From: the human T2T-CHM13v2.0 reference genome, Homo sapiens
Reading direction: 5' to 3' (one strand)
DNA: 64,000 nt
Assembly: GCF_009914755.1 (NCBI RefSeq)
Contig: NC_060946.1
Shown: positions 1 to 17,035 of the stretch, in pieces
Numbering within the stretch: position 1 is the stretch's first letter
Layout: each line of letters starts with the position of its first letter
Position numbers and translations under genes: made by a program
The notes under the pieces: model-generated
What the model was told of the DNA's origin: nothing
Seen by the model: the letters and a program-made list of their open reading frames with translations, nothing else
Databases searched by the model: none

Positions 1-65
1 GGCCAATGCCATCCTGCCCTGGACAGAGCCCCAGGCCCCCTCCTCCCCTCCCCAGTCCAAGATGG

Positions 66-220
66 GTGCATACAGACTTGCACACACACAGATATGCATG
101 CACACAGACACGTGCAAAGATCTGTGCACACAGAGGTGCAGAGACATGCACACAGAGACCTGTGCAAACAGACATGCACATATACAAACACACACACACA
201 CATGCCTGCATACAGACACC
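66..220. repeat. Degenerate (CA)n-rich simple repeat
   Basis: Interrupted CACA/CATG runs. Confidence 0.7.
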
Positions 221-269
221 CCAGAGGATGCTGGGATATGGCCGAAGTCAGGCCAACCTGGAGGTAAGC

Positions 270-395
270 GCTGGATTCTCCTCACTGGTTCAGGAAATCC
301 GGCAAATTATTTAAATGTCCTGAACCTCCCTTTCTTCATCTGTACAATGGGAATGAAAAGGCCCACCTCCCAGGACCCTGTTGGTAATTAAATAA
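270..395 (+). mobile_element. MIR fragment
   Basis: Core ..tttcttcatctgtacaatgggaatg.. resembles the MIR consensus. Confidence 0.6.
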
Positions 396-444
396 CGGCC
401 ACTTGCACTTTATTCTGAGTGCTTTTCACCAGGAATCTCACTTT

Positions 445-620
445 AGCACACAGCACTCTTGTGAGGTAGATTCTAGTGGTATCCCGTTTTGCAGATGGGG
501 AAACAAGGCCAGAAGGCTTACTTGCTGAAGGACACACAGGCACTAGCTGCCGGTGTCTGTACCCTGCAGGTCTCACTTGGGGCTCCAGGTCTTCCATCCC
601 TAACCACTCTGCTCCACTGC
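445..620 (-). mobile_element. MIR fragment
   Basis: cccgttttgcagatggggaaacaaggcc is the reverse MIR core. Confidence 0.6.
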
Positions 621-2289
621 CTCTAGGGGTGCAATGAGACAGCGAATGCACACAGAGCATCTGGCAAGGCGTCACATAGGACCTGGTCAACAGCAGTTGC
701 TCCGTGATCAGGAAGGAGAAGCGCAGAGGTGGACCCGCAAGCTTTCCAGTAGCCCAGGGCCAAAGCACCAGTATCTGTCCTCCTGTCTGCTACCAATCCC
801 CTCCAGCAGACTCACTTTTAACCCAATTTCTCTAAGATAACAGTGCTGGGAGGTGGAGGAGTGTTATCTCCCCACCCTTACCCCTCCCAGCTGTCTATAT
901 CGCCCTAAACAGCCAGGAATTTAATAAGCCTGGAGTTGTCTCTGACTCCCAACCACAACCAATTCGGAATGCCCCAGGTCCTGCAGCACAACAAAGGCTG
1001 CCCTGCAAAGCCCGGAAGAGCCTGCGAAGCCTGCCCCGTCCGCGATAGAGCATCACATTCTTCAGATTCTTGTGTAAAAGCCAGAAGTAAGGCAAGGGGG
1101 TGGGGGTGGGGGGGCTCTAATTTCAACCTAAGGGTCATTAAAGCCTGTGACCTGTATTAAAAGGGAAGAGACCCACCCCTCTGCAGCCCCTCTGTACCAC
1201 GCTGGTCCTCCAAGGTGTATGATACTGCACAGGTCAGCACACCCAGGCCTCACAACCAGAAAGCGCCCTCAGCCTAGCGTCCCCACTTTGAGGACATCAA
1301 GCCTCCAGGACACACAGCTAGTCAATGGCAGGAGGGATTTTGCCAGACTGATCTTCAGCATCGTACTGGTGGCCACTATCTATTTCTTTCTGTCTAACAT
1401 AGGTTTAAAGTTCTAGCCAGAGAGTCCACAGAACTAACCCCAGGTAGAGTTCAGGGGAAGACGTTGAGGTGCTGATGGAGACTCGTGAATTCCACAGTGC
1501 TCGGCAGCAAGTAATTAATCTCATGATGAGGCGTTTTTCATGAGCATTTGGCATTATATACCCACCTCCCCCTCGCCCTGGCAAAGGCAGGAAACAGTGG
1601 GCGGCAGGCCGGCTCTGGGCAGAAGGCGGGCTGAGAACAGCATGCTGGTGGGCTAGGAAGGTACGAGGGGGCGGTATCCATTCTTCAGAGGGAGGACAGC
1701 AAAAACCCAGGTTCCCCACAAGGACCAGGCTAACCAGACCTCACACCAGCCTGCCAGCCTTCACCTGCTGTCTACCCGACAGGTCTCTTAGGATGGAACA
1801 GGGAGGGCTGTAATTTACAGCTGGTGCCATAAAGCCAACTAGGTAACGCGACCCAGCAACCACCACTGTGAGGCTATGTGTGGAAGTCTACAAAAACCCA
1901 ATTTCACAACTATTGTCCACATAGTGGTTGAAGTGGGATGAGAAGGCAGGAGAGGCGATGGAAGTAGATATGGAAAATAACTGGCCTGAAAATGAGGAGC
2001 TGGGAGAGGATTTTAGATCATTCACTTGCTACCTGGGGCTAGTCACGTAGGTTTTCTTGGACTCTCAACATTCCCAGCTACAAAATAGGAACACTAATAC
2101 TGCCACCTTCATGGGATTGAGAGACTTTTGTTGCAATAACTTGAAAGTGACTTTAACCTTTGTAACGTGATATAAAAAATAGACTGAAATTTTTAAACAG
2201 ATAAAAATATATCACCTGGCACTGTGCCAGATAAATTGTGGACAGATAAAACATATAAACAATAAAGCTATACTTTATTAGCATCAAAA

Positions 2290-2440
2290 CCCTCTGTGGC
2301 ATTTATTTTCCTCATTCCACAGATAAGGAAAACTGAGGCACAAAGAAAGATTGTATGACTCACTCAAGGTCAAAGGGCCTGCAGGTGGGAGAACCAAGAT
2401 TAGGGCAGATGGTCTGAGTCCAGAGTGCCTGCCTATTTAC
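2290..2440 (-). mobile_element. MIR fragment
   Basis: acagataaggaaaactgaggcaca...aaggtca. Confidence 0.6.
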
Positions 2441-3324
2441 CTAAGCACCAGACACACGCCCATCATGCTGGTGAGGCTCAGAAGCCAAAGAAATAAAGCC
2501 ATCTACCCAGGACATCAGGGTCTGTGCCACCCACATTCTAGTATGAATATCCTCACCTGTTTCTCAAGCATGTATCAAGTGCTCACCATGGGCAAGGCAC
2601 CATGCAAGGGTCCTGGCGACAAGGCCTCTAAAAGGGGAAGCAAGACCAGCACATAAGCCAGCACAGAGAATTGCTAAGACATGAAGCAGTCCGCTGGGAA
2701 CAGTGGCATAAGCGAAGCATTTGGCAACGCACGCTCGAACCGCAGCCATCCAACACTCGGGCCAGTACCTGGGAGTTTAGGTTATAGTCCTGCACCAGCT
2801 TTCTACAACAGTTCCTCCTTACCGGTGTCAAAAGTGCTTATGACTTAACAGAGGGGAGGAGCCACCTCCAAGAACAATTGGCTCACAGGCACTGGGCAGA
2901 AGGCAGGGCAGCCTGGGAGCTGGGAGCAGCCAGGGCAGCCCCCACCCAGTTCTCAAGTGTTTTGATCAGAAGTAGAAGCCCGGAGCAGAGAGCAAAGTGG
3001 GACAAAAGGAAAAAGCGCTGGTGAACCAGGGGTGGGCAGTGGGGGGTGGGAAGAAGGGCAGGAGGGGCATTGATACTTATCGGGAGTCCATCATGAACTA
3101 GACACTGCTGAGAGCATTTCATACTTTAGCTACCCAGAGAACACTAACAGATAGTTCTATGAACCAGAATTTACAGATACAGAAACTGGAGCTCAAAGCA
3201 ATTAAACAACCGGTAGAGCACCGTCCTGGAGGGCTCCTCCCCCAGATCTGAAGGCATCCACAGAATGTCCCTGGATCAGAGAACCCTCTGCTGACACAAA
3301 CACACTCCCCTACTCCCTTCTTCC

Positions 3325-3712
3325 CTGTTACAGATTGAATTGTGTCCCTCCCAAAAATATCCATTATGTTGGAGCCCTAACTCCCAGTACCGCAGAATGT
3401 GACTGGTATTTGAGGACAGGGCCTTGGAAGAGGTAATTAAGTTAAAATGAGGTCCTTCGGGTAGGCCCTAATCCCATGGCTGGTGTCCTTATAAGACGAG
3501 GAAGAGACACCAGGCGTGTGCGTGCACAGAGCGAAGACCATGTGAGGACACAGTTGGCAGACGGCCATCTATGAGCCAAGGAGAGAGGGCTCAAAGGAAA
3601 CCAAGCCTGTCCACACCTTGATCTTGCATTTCCAGCCTCCAGAACTGAGGGGATAAATGTCTGCTGCTTAACCACACAATCTTGTACTTCATCATAGCAG
3701 CCTGAGCAATTT
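3325..3712 (+). mobile_element. MLT1B-like ERVL-MaLR solo LTR
   Basis: Starts TGTTACAGATTGAATTGTGTCCC and contains ggtgtccttataaga and ccagcctccagaactgag. An Alu is inserted at its 3' end. Confidence 0.75.
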
Positions 3713-4245
<533 letters not shown>

Positions 4246-4388
4246 GAAATGTAAACCCAGCAGCTGCTTCTGAAGTCACCCACTCCCTGCCCCACACCCC
4301 ACTTCCTGTTGCTTTCTCTATTCCTTGTATCCACCTCTCCTTCCTCCAATATAACAGCTACTAAATAATTTTAAATAGTATAAATTCA

Positions 4389-4721
<333 letters not shown>

Positions 4722-6264
4722 TTAAGGTTTAGATTGTGTTTTTGCTGAGTTTGTATTTAATCATGGGAGGTATTAAGGACTGTGACAGAGCTGTCCCAGT
4801 GAAACCTCAAACCCGAGAGGCCTGGTGCTGATCCAGGTCCCAAGAGCAGGCTGGAGGGGAGGACGCAAGGAGCTCGGCAAATCTGCAACACACAAGGGCA
4901 GCGGTGGCCACTGTGACCACCTGGGCCCCCAGCCCTGTTCGTGCCCTCGGTGGGGTGGGGAGCAACAAGACTTTGGAAACTTTCCCATAAGCAAACGACT
5001 TCTCTCCTGCTGTCTAGGAAGACAGCAGAATTCAGGTCAGCGGGACTTGAGTGGGGAGCCGGGGTTGGGGAACAGGGGCCTTGGAGGCCGAAAGAGGCAG
5101 CCACAACACCTGGCAGAGGAAGCCTTTCTCTGGAATGAAAGGAAATACGGGAGCAAAGGCAGCCCTTGCATTCCAATTTCTAGCCCCTTGACCACCCATC
5201 TTCTCCCCTTAGGCCCACCCCCAAATACTCTCTCTTTACAAACATCTGTCTGCTCAAAAGTAGCCACTAGGATTCTGAAACTTCCTCTTTACAACAAAAC
5301 TAAACTGTTGCAACTTGTTGCTACCATTCTCACACCATCCTGGAAAAGGCAGGGGCCTCAGCAGAGCCCAAGTCTCCTGCCAATGGCCTTCCGACTTTGG
5401 AAGACCACTCCACCCCACTATCCTCCCCCTGCCCCTGCCCTCAGCTGCCCCTGCTCCACTGCCACCCTCGGTAGGGTCTCCCTCAGAAGGGCCGGGGGCT
5501 ATTTCCCAAGCCTCCCTGTTGTCATGGTCCCTTGGAGACTTCTTCTCTCCCTCACTTCCTCCCAGTGGGTTTTCTGGCCAGGGGCCTTGGAAGTGACACA
5601 ACGGCGGAGGCGGGGTGAACAGGTTGAAGAGCTTCCTCCAAAAGCCCGGACAGATCTCCCAGCTCCCTTGTTTCTAAGCCTTCTCACCACTACTGACAAA
5701 GTGGTTTTACCTGTTTTCCATCGGCTGGAATTGACTGGAATTGGGCATCCAAGCAGCCCCCACCTCCTCAGCCCCTTCAATCACAACCACACCAGAGTGA
5801 AGTGGCATGTTCCTAGGTCTACGCTGCGAGCCCCCTCCAGGACAGGGCCTGGGACCTCTTGTTCATCTGCATCCTGACCAGCGGGCAGTTTCTGGCCTAG
5901 ATCTAGAATAGATGTACTGGATACATTTGCTGAATGAATTTCCAAGACTCAATAAAACTCATGGAACTTTCTGGCAACATGAAAAATGGTCCCTCTCCTC
6001 AGTGGACATAAGAGGGTCATTAAAATATGAATTCTGGCGACCAATGAAACATAGGAACTTTGCATTATAGTAGTAACTCAGAACACACACAGTCTCCATT
6101 CTGCTTACAATTTTGTAAAATACATGTGTATATGGACAGAAAACCCAGAAAAATGCAAAACGGTGGATGAGGTGCAGGGCAAATCTGCTTCTTGCCAGCT
6201 TTGTTGCAATAATGCTTGTGCAATAAACACCACACACACCCCCACCTTATTTTTTTTTTTTTTA

Positions 6265-6776
<512 letters not shown>

Positions 6777-7109
6777 TCATCCCAAGTCCTTTGGCTAGAA
6801 AAACATGCTGGCCACACAACCAGAGGGCGCAGGCCGCGTTCCCAGCATCCACCCGCAAGGTGAGTGACCTGGGAGTGGAATCCTGCACTCCCACATTTCC
6901 TGGGAAATGGGGCAAGGAAACAAGCCTTCACGGGCCGTCTTGGCCTATGCAGAGGCTGGGTCGTGGCCTAAGGAGGAGAGGAAACGTTTCACCAGCCCCA
7001 GGTGACTCACAGGGCCTTCACCAACCTGAATCACCCCTGAACAAAGCTCTGCCTGCGTCTGGGCAACTGAACGAGGTCCCACCCCTGCTCCCTGGACTTG
7101 CCACACCAT

Positions 7110-7345
7110 GTCTCTACTTTACAATCTCGAAGGCTGCCTCCTCCAGGAAGCCTTCTCAGACTCCCCCCTGCCTTCTCCCTGGGTTTCCAGCATCGGTATC
7201 TGGTGGGAGACCATCAGCTCCCAGAAACAAGGGCCTATGTTTCTTTTCCCTCCATATTCCTAGCACCCAGCCAGTGCCTTATACCTAGAATCAGTTCCTC
7301 CTAGTAGGAGTCACTGCTGAATGACTATGAATCTGATGGGTGGAC
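7110..7345 (+). mobile_element. L2 fragment
   Basis: cctcctccaggaagccttc ... tagcacccagccagtgcc ... gctgaatga. Confidence 0.5.
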
Positions 7346-7910
7346 AGATGAAGGACGAAAGGAACCCAATGGTTTCAAGATGGCTGATGTCAAGAGCTCA
7401 CTAGGCAACATGATGGCAGGTTGCCTGGCTAGCTGGTTCCCCAGAGGGCACTACTCAGACAGGCACAGCAGTGCCTGGATTCACGCTGGGGCCAGGGTCT
7501 TTCCACCTGCTCTCCCTTAGGACCAACCACATTCATTTGAAAAATGGCCAGTGGGGTTAAAGGTGAAGTCAGTAGCCAAGGCATCAATGCTGACCTGGCA
7601 ACCCCGCTGTGGGTTGCCAACTGCTGTACGGGAGATCCCATTCTGCTGCAGCCCAACGTTCTCTCTGCCCATTGAATGAATGCTCAGCCACTGGTGAGGG
7701 TGGAGGCCTCAAGGACCAGCCCAACCACTCACCGCCAAGTGAGGAAACACAAGTCCTGGAGTGCAGGGCGTCTCCAAGGCCACAGAGTCAGGAGCTGGAG
7801 CACCCAAGTTTGAATCCCTGCACAGTCTCCCCATCTGCAAAATGAGGATAAGTTCCTACCTTATGGAAACCAGGGAAGAATTAAATGAGATAATCCATGT
7901 AAAAGCCCTA

Positions 7911-8090
<180 letters not shown>

Positions 8091-8136
8091 TAAAAGCATC
8101 AGCATGGTACCTAGTACATACAAGTGCTCAATAATT

Positions 8137-8465
<329 letters not shown>

Positions 8466-8964
8466 TAATAACGAGACTGTGATGGGACCCAGAGAGCAGC
8501 TCTTCCTCCCTTCCATGCCCACCTTCCCATCCTCCCTCCTCCTCCCAGGCAATCCTAGCCTCCAGGAACCTAGCTCAAGATGCTCAGATGTCTCCTGACT
8601 CAGGGTAGCATGGGCTTGCCTCAGTATCCCAACTCCCTGTTGGAGGATAAGGCTGCTTGGTGACAGGGACAGGCTGTCAGCCCTCCATCGCTGCTGAGCC
8701 CCACCAAGCCAGCACAGTGCAGACCACATAGCTGGAGCTTAGGGAGTCTCTGCGGACTGACTTGGCAAAGGGCAACTCCCTTATACCCAATACTTGGTTC
8801 TTAAATATAAAAAATAAAAACTTGAAAATGCCCCCCTACCACCACCTTTCTCCTCCCAGGGATTCCCCGATCAGTGTTCTGTAAAATGAAGAGGTCACTA
8901 ACCGGCATTCAAAAGCTTTTGGCTATCTAGGCCTCCCTGTCGCAGGCTTAGAACTGAAGACACT

Positions 8965-9258
<294 letters not shown>

Positions 9259-9810
9259 GTGAAGACACCAATGAGACCTGAACCCCATTTGTGCAATAAG
9301 GACTAGGAGCTGACTCTGTCCCAAACACGGAGTTACAGCATAGGGACAGAAATGAAAGAAGACCCCGCCTTTGACCTCCTCACCCGCAGAGGACAGCGAG
9401 TTCTCAAATCTTCTCCCCGATTCTGGCCCAGTTAGATTAAGTCACCCAGACTGTCCCAAATGCCTCGTTCTTATGTTTATCTGACAGGAAGCTGCCTTCT
9501 CTAGCTCAGTGACTTAATGTGAAACACAGGAAACGTAGTGGCTTTTGAACATAGACAACTCTAAATAAAGGTGCCTCTATCGCTTTGTAACAGCCTTTCT
9601 AAAAAAAAAAATACTTAAACCAGCTCAGATCAGTGTAATGAGATGAATTGAACTGTATGGGAAAAGGATGCAAAAGTTGCAGGCATCAGAAACCTCAGCA
9701 TCAATGCCGGGGGCGAGTTCCAGCAGGTTCCTCAGTCATCTTAATCACCGCACCTTGTTATCAAGGGACAGGCTTGTTGGATAAATACGAAATCTCTAAA
9801 ACTTGAACCT

Positions 9811-10126
<316 letters not shown>

Positions 10127-10175
10127 CTACCACCTGAGGAGAGATGATGTTATTGTTACTATGAAGAAAAGGAGA

Positions 10176-10466
10176 AGCTGGACGAGGTGGCTCACACCTG
10201 TAATCCTAGCACTTTGGGAGGCCAAGGCAGGTAGATTGCTTGAGCTCAGGAGTTTGAGACAAGCCTGGGCAACATGGCAAAACCCTGTCTCTACAAAAAA
10301 AAAAAAAAATTAGCCAGGCCTGGTGGTGCACACCTGTGATCCCAGCTACTTAGGAGGCTGAGGTGGGAAGAATGCTTGAGACGGAGGCCGAGGCTGTAGT
10401 GAGTTGCTATCGCGCCACCACATTCCAGCCTGGGCAACAGAGCAAGACGCTGTCTCATAAAAAAAG
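10176..10466 (+). mobile_element. AluJ/S
   Basis: Diverged dimer. Confidence 0.85.
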
Positions 10467-11408
10467 AAGAGAGATGAAGGGGAGGAAGAGGAGGAACAGA
10501 CCACTTCACATCCATTTATAATGCTAAGAAAGAGGCTTCTCCACGGTGCAGATGGGAAAACTAAGGCGAGCAGCAGGAGAAAAGGCAGGGGGTCTGCTCC
10601 TAGCTCTGCCTGATCCCAAAACTTTATTTTGTTCCTTCTCCCGTGCATTTTGTGTTGAAAATATAACAAATTATCACCGGAGACATTAAGTGACCTAAAG
10701 TTACTAGAAATCAGGGCTGGCTGAGGACAGTGGGCAGCAGTGTGGCTTTCTGAATGGCCCACCCTGCTGCCTGGCACCACCCCATGTGAAATATTGATTT
10801 TTCGAGCTGTGGGAACTTTCAGCCCAAGTGGTCACGTCCAGCTGGAAGAAGTTCAGAGAAACCCAAAACACTTCCCACCCCATTCCTTAACCCTAGTGCC
10901 CCCCAACAAAAAACAACAAAAAAGACGAAGGGAGTAGAAGAATAGACTCTTAAGGAAAGATTAAAGGAGCTCAGTATGTGTTGCTTGGCTAAACAGGGCA
11001 TAAACATCAAAAAAAAAGAGAGTCACCATTTAGAAAACACGCTTAAATGAAGCCTCCTGATTTGGAAAGGCACTGGGTATGAGCGAAACCAGGGGCCAAG
11101 GTTTTCTACCGACTCACAGAATGAGCTTAAGCAAATCGCTTTTTCTCTAATTAGGAAAAAAAAAAAGAAATGTTATTTTAATTATTCCCAACATCTCTTC
11201 CAGCCAGGCATTCTATAATTCTAAATCCAGTAGGGAGGGTTTTCATTGTTGTTGCTGATTTTTCTTTTAAGCAGGGGATGATTTCAAATTAGAGTTAAAA
11301 TGCAAGAAGAAAGGCTCTTCTTTCTAAGGCCCACGTCCTTTTGGTGAGTGGCAACCTACTCAGAGATTAGCTTCGAGCTCCCCCAACACATTAAAAATTG
11401 TACAGAGA

Positions 11409-11730
<322 letters not shown>

Positions 11731-12625
11731 CTAAGAAGGCAAGAGAGGGACCTCCCTGAGAAGCCCCTTTTCTCCTCTGGGACATACCATAAGGATGGTA
11801 AGGGCCTCTGAGAAGTACCAAGGAAGTGACTCGAGGGTGGGGAAGATCAGCTACCTGTAACCCCACTACAGGCCTTAGCCCAACCTGCACGGCAGGAAGC
11901 CACACCCTTCCGGAAGGCCCTGCAAAGGCTCCTTCCAGCCACAGCAGGAGGGTCCTGGGCTAGAGATGCAGACAGCCACTGAGGGACTCCCAGCTGCTCC
12001 AGCGCTTGGCGGGCTAGCTAAGGGCCTTCTCTGGGGACACCTGCCCGGGTGCTGAATCATCTCAGGCTCGAGAAGCTAATCGTGGGAATGGGAACCTGAG
12101 TAATTCCAACAGAAGCCTAGGTTACTTTTTAAAGAGACATGCATCAGAGTGGGCAGCTCCCCTCCTGCCTCCCAAATATTTGGTGCCATCTAAGCACAAG
12201 GGACAGGGAGCTGGGTACAGATACAGGCCGCCCGCCCATGCAGTGGCGGTCCCATTTTAGAGCCAGTCTCATAGTGTGTGCTCATGTGTGACTCACACCA
12301 TTCCCCCAGGAGGCCCGGAGGCTGCCTTGCAGGACCTCAGGACCCTGATGGGGTCTTCCAGACTTCACTCAGGAAAGGAGTCAATCGGGCACAACAGCAG
12401 CGCCGGCAGCTCCTCCCAGGGCCCACACCATCCAAGGCGAAAGACAGCCATCCTTGAGAAGGGGGGTAGGGCCCTCCCATTCAAAACACCCCTCTGATCA
12501 CATCTTCTCAAGAATTTGGGCTTTTCCAGTGTTGTTATACATAAAAACCACAGGCCAGATGTCTTAGGGGAAACTGGGGACAGAGTGGGAAGGGGCATAA
12601 TAGTGGATGCAATGACCCCAAGTTA

Positions 12626-12988
<363 letters not shown>

Positions 12989-13415
12989 TCAGGTTGGGGT
13001 GGGCTCCCCAGGACAGGACAGCTTATGATTTGGAGCCAAGCGAATTATGGAAACCTTGCAAGAGGGTATCCCAAAACGCTTTCCAGACACACATGCAGGC
13101 TTTCTCTTCTCATACAGCAAAGAAAAATCAATCATCTACCATTTCCCAGAATATGAGGAAGTAGATCAGAAAGGACTTCTGTTTAAGGGGTTACTCTAGT
13201 GATGTGACATCATGGGAAGAAAACAGGACCCAAAGGTTTCAAGCACAAAGACCCTTCCCTCTTACCTTGTAAAAGGTAGGCATTCAATATGCAATATGGA
13301 ACCTAAAGCAATGCACTTTAAAGTTGAGACCTACAGATTAGCCAGCTGGACCCCTTATTTTTATAGTTAAGAAAAATAAGAAATAGCTGAATTTTTTATT
13401 CTTTAGGGACAATAT

Positions 13416-13714
13416 GGCCGGGCACACTGGCTCATGCCTGTAATCCCAGCACTTTGGGAAGAAGAAGCAGGTGGATCACTTGAAGTCAGGAGATGGGGAC
13501 CAACCTGGGCAACATGGTGAAACCCCGTCTCTACTAAAAATACAAAAAAATTAGCTGGGCATAGTGGCGCACACCTGTAATCCCAGCTACTCAGGAGGCT
13601 GAGGCAGGAGAATCACATGAACCCAGGAGGTGGAGGTTGCAGTGAGCCGAGATCGATCATGCCACTCCAGCCTGGGCAACAGAGCGAGACTCCATCTCAA
13701 AAAAAAAAAAAAAA
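13416..13714 (+). mobile_element. AluS
   Basis: Full dimer. Confidence 0.88.
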
Positions 13715-13719
13715 GTATT

Positions 13720-14155
13720 GAGTGAAATGTACTGCTCACTCCCTGCTCCTGTTGCCTAGACCCTAGGCAACCACCATTACCAGGGTCTCAGTATCTTTCC
13801 AGAAATACTGCATGCACAGAGCAGAGTTTACATACCATGTTTTACACAAAACGAAGCACCATTTACACTACTTTGCGTCTGGTGTTTTTCACTTACAACA
13901 TAGCTTGGAGAGCACACCCTATCAGTACATATGGATTGACCTCATTTTTCAAAGGGATGCAAGGACTTCCACTGTACAGCTGTACCATGATTTAGTTGAC
14001 CTTTTTAATAGCACAACTTGTTTCCTGTCATCTTCTATGTCAATGCCGCAATGAAGATTCTCAGACATTTCCTTCAGCACATCTGAGTTTATCTGTGAGA
14101 TGAATTCCTAGAATATAGTCGGAAGGAGTATGCTTTGACAGATACTGCCAAACAA
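13720..14155 (-). mobile_element. Old L1M 3' fragment
   Basis: cctaggcaaccaccatt... and tgaattcctagaa... resemble the reverse L1M 3' region. Continues between the Alus to ~15110. Confidence 0.5.
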
Positions 14156-15427
<1,272 letters not shown>

Positions 15428-15821
15428 AAATCAAACCTCCCCTCACCCAGAGCCAGAGTTGGAAGTAAGGTCTCCAGTCACCCAAGTCCAGTGCTCTTCC
15501 TGTATCACCCTTTGGCTATCTCCCAGACCACAGGAAACCATGTGTTTGAACTGAAACCACAGTCTGCACACCTTCTGTCCCAGCCGGGGCCCTGTGAAGA
15601 GGTTACTCAGCAGAAGTTCATCACCAAGTGCATCCAAAAGCATCAGCAGATGGGCCTCATAGCCACTTGTGAATAGGCAGTCCACAACCACAGTCCACAA
15701 CCACAATACACGCATACCTTGTTGTGCACAGAGGCAGAAAGAACACCGAGCTAGAAGCCAGGAAAACAATCTGTCCCCCAGCCTCATCCCCACCCCCTCA
15801 ACCTGATAACCTAGGGAGTTA

Positions 15822-16840
<1,019 letters not shown>

Positions 16841-16869
16841 TTAGGCCATGTACATACCTTATTTCTTTC

Positions 16870-17035
16870 AGTTCATGCATCTAACCCCACAGGGTAGGAT
16901 CTTGATTCCCATATTATACATAAGCACATCCAAGCTGTGAGGCTATGTGACTTGCCTAAGGTCACAAAGCTAGTAAGTAGCATGGTCAGGATTTGAACTC
17001 GGCCTGTTTCCAAAGCTCACGTTCTTTCCACTACC
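16870..17035 (-). mobile_element. MIR
   Basis: gtgacttgcctaaggtcacaaagctagtaagt...ggatttgaactc. Confidence 0.7.

Noticed and set aside
1519-1640. ATGATGA ... CTGA resembling C/D box snoRNA boxes
   Set aside because: Antisense to the host transcript, no convincing terminal stem, and no recognisable rRNA guide.
12172-12183. Palindrome CCAAATATTTGG as a CArG box
   Set aside because: It has eight A/T bases between CC and GG rather than six.
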